Origin: Macrostomum lignano
Taxonomy: Eukaryota
Length of the DNA: 64,000 nt
Assembly (NCBI GenBank): GCA_002269645.1
Contig: NIVC01001974.1
Span: 153,002 to 217,001, forward strand
Direction: 5' to 3'
Part shown: one piece after another, positions 1 through 12,095 of the stretch
Position numbering within the stretch: the first letter of the stretch is position 1
Layout: every line of letters starts with the position of its first letter
Position numbers and translations under genes: made by a program
Notes under the pieces: generated by a model
The model's database searches: none
What the model saw: only the letters and a program-made list of their open reading frames with translations
Told to the model about the DNA's origin: nothing

Positions 1-3000
1 AACGACCTATATTTTTGATCTTGTTGCTGTTTGCAATTGGAATAATTGCTATCACCTCTTTTACTATTGTTGAAGTATTGACATTCACTACTTTCAGTAG
101 TAGAATAATGATGATGATTTTCTTCTAGATTTTGTAGCATTTAGAATCAGAAATGGTTTTAGCAGTAGGATATAAACAGCAATAATTGATTACTAAGGAT
201 AAATCCTTTATTTATTGATAATAAGTCATAAAAATAACAACCAAGGATAAATCAAGTTATGCTAATAATAAAAATGATATTTCTTAAGACTATATGAAAT
301 GCATTATACTAATAAGTGATGAAGCAAATATAAGCTTTTAATCTTTGGGCCTACAAATTTTGATTATTACTATTTTAATACCTAAATTAAAAGTACCATT
401 ATAAATATATAAATGACATAATTGGTATAGAAGCTTTCCTAGTAAAAAATTCAATTTAGTAATAATAACCTTGGCATAGTTTAGATCTAAGATCTCATTT
501 GAACAAATTAAAGAAGCACATTTTGAAACCTTTATAAAATTATATGTTAATAGCAAATAATGAGGATTGAGTCTATATAAATATTTTCTATGTTAAGCCT
601 ATATATAGACTCTATTGACTATGTTTAAAGATCCTTTAAAACTACAGTTTATAGATTATTTGAATTTGACAATTAATAAAATTTGTAAAATCCCAAAAAT
701 CCCAAAAAAACTTTATGATTACTAATCCTTTAAATAATTGATAAAAAATGAAAATAAAGAACTTAAATTATCTAGCTTAGAAAAAAACTAAGTAAATACT
801 AATTAATTTGGCATTTAGACTATATGCCTATGTGCTATGTCTATGGCAGATTAGCAGGGTCAAATTTAGGATTACCAAAGTTAAACTTGAAATATCTATC
901 ATGATATACAAATCATACAAAAAACTATCCATTATAAATATAAACCTGAAAAGCTATAGGCCTATGACAAACATAATAAAATATTAAAATTGTTTATTTT
1001 GTTGCCCTAATTAATAAGCTGTCTTTTAATATAAACCTGCAAAAACTACAGCTATGAATATGAATGAACTTTTGCAAAATTACTAATTCAAACCCTTGCC
1101 TATGACTGCAAGTTAGTGTTAGTGAGTGTTAGTGACGTGGCTTATGGCTATGTCTAATCATAATTGATTAGCTCTTAGCAATTGTCAATTAGCAGGCATG
1201 CTAATAATACTAATGCTATATGCTAGGACTAGGACTTAGGAGTAGAGTAGAGAACATGAGCACAGCACACTTGGCATTCTGTTGTCTGCCCCCTGAGTGA
1301 TGCCGGCGCGCCGTTCACATATTACAACGCTTATGTTTCGATGAAATAACTGCAAACAACATATTTTGTTGCTCAGTTGCTGCTGTTGCTGTGTAATCGT
1401 AATCTGAGAAAATTGACTATATGAACAAATAACAGGAACATCAGAATCAGTAACTGTGCCAATTTGTTTGCTTAGTTTCTTCGCTTGTTGAATGGCAGCT
1501 GAACTAACGTCAACTGTTTAGCAATTTAATTTGTCCAGCAAGCGTTTCTCAGACACATAATTATGATATTACATAATTACAAAATACAAAGTTTACAAAT
1601 GAAATTATTGTCAAATTTCTGAATTAATTTGAATTATCGTGTACTTTATAAAAGATATCAATACAAAACCTGATAATTTAATCTTAATGTTAGTTTTTCG
1701 TATATAAAAATAACAATATAACTCTTTTAGTTGGGCAAGAAGTTAAAGAACAATAGTATTTGTTATTTACTTGAAATTAGAAATATCGTCAGATCCAACT
1801 TTAAAACTTGTCAAACATCGCAATTATTTATTATGCTTGCATTGCATGCATCTGCATGCAGGCGGCGGCTCATTTATTACTGCTACTGGCACCGTTCGTA
1901 GCGTAATAGGTGCAAAATTCTGCAACGTTTTAAGGCCTATCGTATTCACTAATCGCAATTTTATCTGCTCTTTTTTTCTGTCTACCCTGTCTATTCATTC
2001 TTTTCTTTCATTTTATTATTCACAGGCTCTAGACCCCACCCCACGCCTCTAGGCTCTAGTTTTGATTGATTTTTAATTGTAGGCCTACCTTTTTAATATT
2101 TTAATACTTTTTCTTATAATGTAGTCAGTTGTGTAGTGCATTCTCATTTAACTCTAAGTCTAATTTGGCAACCCACCCTAGTTGACAGTTTGAATTGATA
2201 TAAAATTATATTTTGATTTTTATTGCTAAATAAATACATTGCTTGCTCTTTAGACCTATCTGTATCTCTGCATCTAGTCAATCATAGTCTTAGCTTAGTT
2301 TAACTCTAAATAAGCTATTCCTCATTAAGCTTATTTTTGCCTTCTGCACTTTTAAAATAATAATTCTAACTACTAGCTTAGGTCAAAGGCCTGAAATCCA
2401 AAATGACATAATGATCACAGACATTGTCATTGTCATTGTTTTAAATTATAAATAATATAATTTTTTTGTTTTTATAAATTATTTAAAAAAATCTAAAATA
2501 AATGGAATTAGGGCCTATTGCCTAACTTTTCTTCAAAAAATATAAAGTTTTCAATACATGTCTCTTACGACTTAAGATTAAATAAATAATTTAAATTAAA
2601 ACAATATATTTTTAAAGGACTTTTCCAATAAAAAAGGCCTATTACTTAAATGTTGTTATGCTTGGCTACTGTATTGATAAGCTTATGCTTAGGCCTATAA
2701 TTAATGTCAATAACATAACAAAAAAACTTGAATTCTATAAAAATATAGTTTCCTATTATAGCCAAGGTCTAAATTGCACTAGGCATCCCCTTTTTGCACT
2801 AGCCTATAGTCTAGAGGTTTGGGGTTGTTGCCACAATGAAGGACCTTTTGGGGAGGTTCTAAATATAAAAAGCCTTTTTGTAATTATAGTTGCACACTGT
2901 AGGCCTATGCCATTTTTGCATGCTGACAACTATATATTATACAGTTACATGCTAATGCATATAGGTTGCTATTGGCTAAAAGTAGTCACTTGACTACTAT

Positions 3001-3074
3001 GATCAATAGTGACTTACATATGTATGTTTCCAATAGAAATAGCTAGGTAAAAGGTTAATCCTCAGGTTATGCAC

Positions 3075-3295
3075 AAGCATGCACAACTAGCAAGAGGCAT
3101 TGCTTCACATTCTGTCAACTCCCCTAAATAGTCAAACAAGCGCATGGTTATATACCCAGTCAAATGCATAGGCACATATACAGGAGTGTATAGTGGCCCT
3201 AACTATAAATTTTTAGGCATGTACACTTCAAAAGCAGAGCCAAGCCAAGATTTCAAATTAGCCCAAAGTTAATGTGGCTGTATTTGGCATATTAG
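3075..3295 (-). mobile_element. Degenerate copy of the tRNA-derived SINE seen intact at 27901-28263
   Basis: Colinear blocks match the intact copy (caac..gagaggcatt, actcccct, acaggagtgta..ggccctaa, aggcatgtacacttca, gcagagccaagcc..gatt) and carry dense transition substitutions. Confidence 0.75.
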
Positions 3296-3361
3296 AGTGC
3301 CACGCTAGACTTCTAAGGTTATACCTTCCCCTAATGGGTGGGGTAGATGTTTTGCATACAT

Positions 3362-3517
3362 GTGCAACCTTGGGAATCACCCGGCTGTTTCTATTGGCAA
3401 CACATACATGTAAGTCACTATTGGCTAAAAGCAGTTGCGTGACTACTGTTCCATCTAATAGCGACTTACATGTGTGTGTTGCCAATAGAAATGGCCAGGT
3501 GAATCCCTAGGTTGCGC
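3362..3517. mobile_element. MITE-like near-perfect palindrome (~60-bp inverted arms); partial degenerate copy at ~2968-3070
   Basis: The left arm tttctattggcaacacatacatgtaagtcactatt is the reverse complement of the right arm aatagcgacttacatgtgtgtgttgccaatagaaa. Pairing extends outward (gcaaccttgggaatcacc / ggtgaatccctaggttgc). Confidence 0.7.
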
Positions 3518-3674
3518 CCAAGCTTGATGTGTTGGTATTTTATAGGGTTTTTTAATTTTTCGACTGATTCAAACTATCATTATTAGAGTCATGCTACTCA
3601 CAGTAGTTTCTTACAGTCACAAGCAATCGTATAAATTGTTCAATATTACAGCTAATCTAAATCCCAGAGCAGCC

Positions 3675-4272
3675 ATGTCCGCCGCCTACACCCTAGTGCT
3701 GATTCGTCACGGCGAGTCGAACTTCAACAAGGAGAACCGATTCTGCGGCTGGATTGACGCGGACCTGTCTGACGTTGGCAACGAAGAGGCAAAAAATGCT
3801 GGCGAGATGATCAAAAAGAATGGCCTGACATTCGATGTTGCTTATACTAGCGTGTTGAAACGGGCTATTAAAACTTTGAATCACGTTTTGGACGCGCTTG
3901 ATCTGCACTGGATTCCGGTGAACAAGCACTGGCGGCTGAACGAGCGGATGTACGGCGGTCTGCAGGGGCTCAACAAGAGCGAGACCGCCGCCAAGCATGG
4001 CGAGGATCAGGTGAGAGCTGATAAGCTAGAAACTTCTCCATCTCAAATCTGAACTGCTTGGTTGGATTTTCTAATAATTGCTGCAATTTACTTGAATCCA
4101 AAAGGTGAAAATCTGGCGTCGCTCCTACGACATCCCGCCGCCGGCTGTCGATACCGACTCCGACCAGTATCCGGGCAAAGATCCGCGTTACAAAGACCTG
4201 GAGCCCAGTCAGCTGCCCAGGCACGAGTGCCTGAAGGATACGGTTTGTGAATTACATTGGCTGCTGAGGTCG

Positions 4273-4336
<64 letters not shown>

Positions 4337-5159
4337 GGAGGGATGACAGGCAGACAGGCAGGCAGACAGACAGGCAGACAGACAGACAGACAGACAGGCA
4401 GGCAGACAGGCAGACAGACAGACAGACAGACAGACAGGCAGACAGACAGGCAGGCAGACAGACTGACAGGCAGACAGGCAGACAGGCAGGCAGGCAGACA
4501 GACAGACTGACAGGCAGACTGACTGACAGACAGACAGACAGACAGACACAGACAGACAGACAGACAGCGAGCCTCAGCTCTTGGGCCTTTTCAAGCTGGG
4601 AGTTAGATTTCAGGTCCAGATGGCATTAAAGAAATCCTTGAATTCGGGCTTCTTTAGATTCATCGATTCTAAAGGTCCTTGAATTTCAGTTTCCGATCCA
4701 AGTGATCATTCACCCTGAACGTCCCTAAAGGTCACTTTCCAAATCAAATCCAGTAATCAGTCACCTGAGGGTCCTTGAATTTTAGTTTCCAATCCAAATG
4801 ATCATTCAACCCAGAGGTCCTTGAATCTAGGACTTCAGAGAATTTTAATCAATTGTAACTGTTGCACAAACCCGCAGGTGGCCAGGGTGCTGCCCTACTG
4901 GCACGAGGAGATCGCCCCGGCTATCCGCAGCGGCAAGCGGGTGCTCATCACCGCCCATGGCAACAGCCTCCGCGGCCTAGTGAAGTATCTGGATAATATC
5001 GGGGATCAGGAGATCGTTGAGCTGAACATACCCACCGGTATACCGCTGGTGTACGAGTTGGACAAAGACCTGAAGCCAGTGAAGCACTATTATCTAGCTA
5101 GCGAGGCCGAGGTCAGGGCCGCTATGGAACGCGTGGCCAATCAGGGCAAGGCCAAGTGA
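3675..5159 (+). CDS. PGAM: 2,3-bisphosphoglycerate-dependent phosphoglycerate mutase; 3 exons 3675-4010, 4105-4242, 4878-5159 (251 aa)
   Basis: Motifs LVLIRHGES (catalytic His), [29 protein letters not shown] and [12 protein letters not shown] are all present. GT-AG junctions (CAG|GTGAGA, AAG|GTGAAA, ACG|GTTTGT, CAG|GTGGCC) are all phase 0 and give a full-length protein. Confidence 0.97.
4272..4568. repeat. (GACA/GGCA)n microsatellite in PGAM intron 2
   Basis: Direct reading. Confidence 0.95.
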
Positions 5160-5640
5160 AGTAAACAAAATCATCGTGGAACTCAATTGAAACTATTATA
5201 TAGTGTTATGTTAAACCTACCCTAAACCCTAACAGATTTGTAGCTAGATTTTAACAATTAGTAACACAGCACAGCTGGCCTTCACCAAGCTCTCCAAGAT
5301 GACAACCTTTATCCATGCTTTATTATAATTATTAATATTAATATTGATGTACGAGTTGAACTGCATGTTGTCTTCTTATTAGACTTTTTTATTTTAGAAA
5401 ATGTTCATCCCTGTGCTTAAGTAGTATGAAGCGAATAATTTTTCTATATGTATATTTTGTTTAGATAATTTAGCTAATATTAAAATAGTAGATCTGCAAA
5501 TATCTGTGTAGTAGCTTGTTAAACAAAATATATAAAGGTATTTTTCACTCTTGACCGTCTCAATACCAAATAAAAGCTCTCATTTTCAAATTTCACGCTG
5601 CATCTCTTTGAATCCATTTGACCGGGCGTAAAGAAACGAT

Positions 5641-6270
5641 CCAATGTGACTGTTGTAGGAATGGTCACTTATGTGACTCTCCAATGAGACGGTTAGGAAT
5701 GGTCACTTATGTGACTCTCCAATGTGACAGTTAGGAATGGTCACTTATGTGACTCTCCAATGTGACCGTTACGAATGGTCACTTATGTGACTCTCCAATG
5801 TGACCGTTACGAATGGTCACTTATGTGACTCTCCAATGAGACGGTTAGGAATGGTCACTTATGTGACTCTCCAATGTGACCGTTAGGAATGGTCACTTAT
5901 GTGACTCTCCAATGAGACGGTTAGGAATGGTCACTTACGTGACTCTCCAATGTGACCGTTAGGAATGGTCACTTATGTGACTCTCCAATGTGACCGTTAC
6001 GAATGGTCACTTATGTGACTCTCCAATGTGACCGTTACGAATGGTCACTTATGTGACTCTCCAATGTGACCATTACGAATGGTCACTTATGTGACTCTCC
6101 AATGTGACCTTAAAGAATGGTCACTCATGTGATACTCCGATGTGACCGTTGAAAGAATGGTCACTCGTGTAATACTCCGATGTGACCGTTGAAAGAATGG
6201 TCACTCGTGTAATACTCCGATGTGACCGTTGAAAGAATGGTCACTCATGTGATACTCCATTGTGACCCTT
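5641..6270. repeat. 38-bp minisatellite with internal inverted repeats (ccaatgtgaccgttaggaatggtcacttatgtgactct)
   Basis: ggtcac recurs at 5701, 5739 and onward; about 16 units, diverging at the 3' end. Confidence 0.95.
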
Positions 6271-7182
6271 GAAATAATTTACATGTAATAACTCATGTAC
6301 ATGCTATGTACACGTGCATGTCCTTTGTTACATGTATATACTACTAGCATACTTCTCCACACATAGTAGTACCACTCGCATACTCCATTATACGAGGGGT
6401 GTCCGGAGAGTTCTGACATTTTAAATTCCAGAGCAGACAAAAGGCTGCAAACACAATTGTACGTGGTGTCACTCTAGTGGCACATTTTATATTCACTGTC
6501 ACTGTCGGTGAAGGTATTGCCCTATGATTTTTCAAGCATCGCTGTTAAATTGAATGACCACAAATCATCCATACGAGATTGAATTTATTCGCTTTAACAA
6601 GCTGGCAAAAAACAGCCGCTGCAACTCGCGGTTCTACTCGTCGGCAATTAAATTTAATTATTGTTCATCGACAATGATTCTGGCGCCGGTATGAAAATCC
6701 GCCCTGACACTTGCCGCGGATGTTAATTAAATTTGAATGCAGCTTGTCGATGAAGAGCCTGCATGCTTGTCTTCCCAAACAAATCCTAGGAAAGATTATA
6801 GCTGCACCCTGAATTTGAGTGCCGATTTAATTGGAGTGATTATGGATTGTCGAAATTCCTGCAGATCCCTGCGGCTATAGGTGTGCCGCAATTAGATTGC
6901 CGAATTTAGCTCGGAATATAGCAGCTGCAATAATGGGTTCTCGTGACTGATGAGAGTTGTCTACATGTAAATTAATTTCTCTGATAGGCCGCTCTTGACT
7001 AAAACTGATACAGCTGTCGGGAATAATTGTTTTTGTCATCTTCTAGTTACAATGCTATCAGATTTCAAATATCAACCAGTTCTTCTATTTGGTCACACAT
7101 TAATTAAGACCTATCAACCTTATATTGTTTTTTATTAGTTTTTCTAATAAGTAAATACCTGTTTGTGCATAGAAAAAACCGC

Positions 7183-7214
7183 TAGATGGATAGATAGATT
7201 GACAGGCAGATAGG

Positions 7215-7262
<48 letters not shown>

Positions 7263-7303
7263 AGGCAGATAGATAGTTAGATAGAGAGATAGTTAGATAG
7301 ATG

Positions 7304-7349
<46 letters not shown>

Positions 7350-7411
7350 CAGGCAGATAGATAGATAGATGGATAGATAGACAGATAGATGGATAGATAG
7401 ATAGATAGATG

Positions 7412-7457
<46 letters not shown>

Positions 7458-7535
7458 AAGACAGGCAGATAGATAGATAGATAGTTCGATAGATAGATAG
7501 ATAGATGGATAGATAGATGGATAGATAGATAGATG

Positions 7536-7566
<31 letters not shown>

Positions 7567-7570
7567 GGAT

Positions 7571-7601
<31 letters not shown>

Positions 7602-7647
7602 TGGATAGATAGATAGATAGATGGATAGATAGATAGATAGATAGATG

Positions 7648-7713
<66 letters not shown>

Positions 7714-7878
7714 AAGACAGGCAGATAGATAGATAGATAGTTCGATAGATAGATAGATAGATGGATAGATAGATGGATAGATAGATAGATGGATAGATAG
7801 ATAGATAGATAGATGGATAGATAGATGGATAGATAGATAGATGGATGGATAGATAGATAGATAGATAGATAGATGGAT

Positions 7879-7909
<31 letters not shown>

Positions 7910-7935
7910 TGGATAGATAGATAGATAGATAGATG

Positions 7936-7981
<46 letters not shown>

Positions 7982-8071
7982 AAGACAGGCAGATAGATAG
8001 ATAGATAGTTCGATAGATAGATAGATAGATGGATAGATAGATGGATAGATAGATAGTTAGATAGATAGATG

Positions 8072-8157
<86 letters not shown>

Positions 8158-8179
8158 TGGATAGATAGATAGATAGATG

Positions 8180-8213
<34 letters not shown>

Positions 8214-8403
8214 AAGACAGGCAGATAGATAGATAGATAGTTCGATAGATAGATAGATAGATGGATAGATAGATGGATAGATAGATAGTTAGATAGATAG
8301 ATGGATAGATAGATAGATAGATAGATAGATAGAAAGACAGGCAGATAGATAGATAGATAGATAGAAAGACAGGCAGATAGATAGATAGATAGATAGATAG
8401 ATA
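7183..8403. repeat. (GATA)n microsatellite with higher-order duplicated blocks
   Basis: Direct reading; the interruptions agaaagacaggcag and agttcgatag recur periodically. Confidence 0.95.
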
Positions 8404-8999
8404 GTTATATAGAAGGTGCGGTTTTAAGATTTGTAAATTTATTTGCTTATTTTTAAACACCTCGCTTGACCCCAAATGCCCCCTGTCCCTGACCCGCCAG
8501 TTCGTCAGCTGATTGCCACCTTACAAATCCTGCACCTGCATCCCACCCATGCAACTAGCTGTAACTGCAGCCATCGCGTTTTTCCTACTAATTTTCCCTG
8601 ACAACATCCGCTCCGGGTGAGGGCGGAGGCCATGCAGTTTCTAAGAAGTCTCACCTGAGCAGGCAGCCCGAGACCCGACCGAGTTCACTTCCGCTTATGC
8701 AACAGATGCCTGCATAGTTGCAAATTAGAAGGCCACAAGCCTGCAATCACGGCTTATTAATATTGACTTGCTGCAGCTGTGCGCCGAGCCGTCTTAAGTC
8801 AATTTTATATTCGATACCTTGCCATCATGTTTACACACGTTAATTACCATGGGTAAGGTTTTTAACCTTCCTATGCAGTAAAATGTAAAATTGGTCACAA
8901 CTGTTTACAGGTGTTTTCGGAAATATTCTGAGCCAAATCCTTCCGTCTCTATTCTGATTTTCTGACTGGAACTCCTTCTATCCTTTTTATCTGTTCCTT

Positions 9000-9440
9000 G
9001 ACTATCATTTCATCCTGACGCACCATTTTCTATCCTGACACATCTATTTCTATCCTGGCACTGACACATCTATTTATTATCCCGACACATCTATTTTCTA
9101 TCCTGACACATCTATTCTCTATCCTGACACATCTATTTTTATCCTGACACATCTACTTTCTACCCTGACACATCTATTTTCTATCCTGACACATCTATTT
9201 TCCATCCTGACACATCTGTTTTCCATCCTGACACATCTATTTTCCATCCTGACACATCTGTTTTGTATCCTGACACATCTTTTTTCTATCCTTACACATC
9301 GATTTTGTATCCTGACACATCTATTTTCTATCCTTACACATCGATTTTGTATCCTGACACATCTATTTTCCATCCTGACACATCTATTTTCCATCCTGAC
9401 ACATCTATTTTCCATCCTGACACATCTACTTTCTATCCTT
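9000..9440. repeat. 21-bp minisatellite (tatcctgacacatctattttc)
   Basis: Direct reading; 7-aa periodic ORF translations. Confidence 0.95.
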
Positions 9441-9978
9441 ATAAAAAATAAGATTTCCATGCCCAAAAAAGTCAGCCATGGTAGAAAACCAAACTGTTTG
9501 TGTAATTTGTTCAACAACCCTCACGGTGCACTTTGAACCCCAAGTAAGTTTGATGTCGAACTTTTGCTTTAGCGGCACACGGGGTCGGTTGCTAGAATTC
9601 TCCCATAGTGGCCATTACAGAGCTTGTCAGCAATTAATTTCTGCCTGAACTGCTGGTTACGCATGCCATTCCAGCTATTCTATACGAGGCTGGGCACCTG
9701 GGATGCCAACTAGGCCGTTTGGTAGCTCGTAATCCTCAATTATTTGGGATAGCACAGTACGTTCCTGCTGACGTCAGATTTTCAGATATCTATGCCTAGA
9801 TTTAGAGGCAAAAAAACCTGCAGCTCCCAGCTGCACCCTGCCAGGTGATAAGAGGGTTTCCTGTAAACTATGGTTCATGCTTCTATTCGTGATAGCAACA
9901 TTCTGTCATGAATTTGATTGTACTTTAATCTTTTTTTAATGCCTGACTGCTAAGAAAAGTACTTCTCGTGGGTATATA

Positions 9979-10608
9979 CACTCAGCAACAGTCAAAACCG
10001 CCACCCTACCGAGACTCCGAGAGAGGCGACTTCTCTCTCACCACAACTGCAAGTGACGTAACTTGCGCCACGGCGTGGCAAAAGCTGGGTGAGAGTGAAT
10101 TCCAGGCTGAGAGTACAAAAGGGACTGGGGTTGGGGTTGGGGGTGCAACAGTACACGTGACAATGGTCAGGCATATGACAGACGCTGAACGATGGCGCGC
10201 TGTTGGCACGCTAGAAGCTGGTGCATCCATCAGCGCAGTTGCTTGCCAATTTGGCCGATCACGTTCAACAATTCGAGCGCTGTTAACGAAGTCCCAAGAT
10301 ACTGGTAGTGTTCAGCACGCAGCCATAGGCAGCCAGCGCCGCCATGATCTCCGCGGCTCAACAGCCAGGGCAAATCGACGTCTGTTGCGGATTGTCAGGC
10401 GAACTCCGACCGCGCCAGCCACCCTGCTCCGTCTAATGTGGGGTGAAAGAAGCAGATGGGGCATCCCCTGCATCCCCTGATTGCCCTCTCCTGCATTCAC
10501 TCTCACCCAGCTTTAGCCACGCCGTGGCGCAAGTTACGTCACTTGCAGTTGAGGTGAGAGAGAAGTCGCCTCTCTCGGTAGGGTGGCGGTTTTGACTGTT
10601 GCTGAGTG
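9979..10608 (+). mobile_element. Internally deleted (non-autonomous) Tc1/mariner DNA transposon, 630 bp, TA target-site duplication, ~114-122-bp TIRs
   Basis: The ends read TA|CACTCAGCAACAGTCAAAACCGCC...GGCGGTTTTGACTGTTGCTGAGTG|TA. TIRs lie at 9979-10100 and 10495-10608. The internal ORF resembles the Tc1/Tc3 transposase N-terminus. Confidence 0.9.
10163..10480 (+). CDS. Truncated Tc1-like transposase: N-terminal paired-like HTH DNA-binding region only (105 aa), no DDE domain
   Basis: MVRHMTDAERWRAVGTLEAGASISAVACQFGRSRSTIRALLTKSQDTGSV matches the typical Tc1/Tc3 first HTH pattern. The ORF ends just before the right TIR. Confidence 0.75.
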   Translation: MVRHMTDAERWRAVGTLEAGASISAVACQFGRSRSTIRALLTKSQDTGSVQHAAIGSQRRHDLRGSTARANRRLLRIVRRTPTAPATLLRLMWGERSRWGIPCIP

Positions 10609-10714
10609 TACTTACAGTGTAGTTGCTTTAAACGATTTGTCTAGCTCGGAATAGTAACAACCAACGCCTTCGTCGGAGACACCGTCCCACGCAACCTGCA
10701 GCGCTGGCTGAGTC

Positions 10715-10860
10715 AATTCTGCCCATTCTGCCGACTTCTGAGCACAAAGAAGCGCGCCAACACTGTACGCAGGCACGCGCTCATGCACTCGCTCACACAG
10801 GGTGTACAGCCGCCCCTTTGGCTTTCTAATCGTCATGTACACTCCTCCTCCGTACCTCCG
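10715..10860 (-). mobile_element. Diverged partial relative of the 27901-28263 SINE body
   Basis: Shared blocks ctgcccatt.cgccgact, gtacgcaggcac, ctcacacagg.gtgtacagc and catgtacact. Confidence 0.55.
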
Positions 10861-11294
10861 ATGAATCATATTGATTATGTGCGCCCGTATGCTTGGGCAA
10901 CGTCACACATTCAGACAGGAAAAGGCTGTTCGAGCAAAAATGCTCTTCTTGAAAAGTCCCTGGGGGATCTCAGAGTTAATTAAACCTCATCATCGGCTTG
11001 CTTTTTTATCTGACAGAGAAATATAGGTTTTTTTAATTAGAATGTGGTTTCTTTCAATATTAAATTCGCTCACTCAAGAGGTAGGTAGGGTAAAAAGAGC
11101 TTTGAAAATCGTTTAAAAAAGATAAACTAGGATGCATTTGTTTTTCCTATATAGTTACCTGATTATATCCATAAATATTGTGCTCAGAAGGAAATTGGAA
11201 AACAAACATTAATTATAATAGCATTGGTGATACAGATTATCGGATACTACAAACATCGATAGGGAGGTATAGAGAAGATTCTCGTAGAGTCTGA

Positions 11295-12095
11295 GACGTT
11301 GAGAGTCTGAGAAGGTGAGAGTCTGAGAGAAGGCTAGAATCTGAGAGAAGAAGAGATTGAGAAGGTGAGAGTCTGAGAGAAGGGGAGAGTCTGAGAGAAG
11401 GCGAGAGTCTGAGAGAAGGCGAGAGTCTGAGAGAAGGCGAGAGTCTGAGAGTAGGTGAGAGTCTGAGAGAAGGGGAGAGTCTGAGAGAAGGCGAGAGTCT
11501 GAGAGAAGGCGAGAGTCTGAGAGAAGGCGAGAGTCTGAGAGAAGGCGAGAGTCTGAGAGAAGGCGAGAGTCTGAGAGAAGGTGAGAGTCTGAGAGAAGGC
11601 GAGAGTCTGAGAGAAGGCGAGAGTCTGAGAGAAGGCGAGAGTCTGAGAGAAGGTGAGAGTCTGAGAGAAGGTGAGAGTCTGAGAGAAAGTGAGAGTTTGA
11701 GAAGGTGAGAGTCTGAGAAGGTGAGAGTTTGAGGTGAGAGTTTGATAAGGTGAGAGTCTGAGAAGGTGAGAGTTTGAGAAGGTGAGAGTTTGAGAAGTTG
11801 AGAGTCTGAGAGAAGGCGAGAGTCTGAGAGAAGGTGAGAGTCTGAGAGAAGGTGAGAGTCTGAGAGAAGGTGAGAGTCTGAGAGAAGGTGAGAGTCTGAG
11901 AAGGTGAGAGTTTGAGGTGAGAGTTTGAGAAGGTGAGAGTCTGAGAAGGTGAGAGTTTGAGAAGGTGAGAGTTTGAGAAGGTGAGAGTTTGAGAAGGGGA
12001 GAGTCTGAGAAGGGGAGAATCTAAGAAGGGGATAATCTGAGAGAAGGAGAGAGTCTGAGAGAAGGAGAAAGGCTGATAAGGGGAGTCTGAGCAGG
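11295..12095. repeat. 18-bp GA-rich minisatellite (gagagtctgagagaaggc)
   Basis: Period 18 (11401, 11419, ...). Confidence 0.95.

Noticed and set aside
5210-5235. Telomere-like cctaaaccctaa
   Set aside because: Only about two units are present, consistent with a chance occurrence.
5641-6270. CRISPR-like appearance (38-bp palindromic repeat)
   Set aside because: The units are contiguous with no unique spacers, there are no cas genes, and the context is eukaryotic.
6391-6425. Mariner-like TIR start (TA CGAGGGGTGTCC)
   Set aside because: No matching inverted end or transposase sequence was found nearby.
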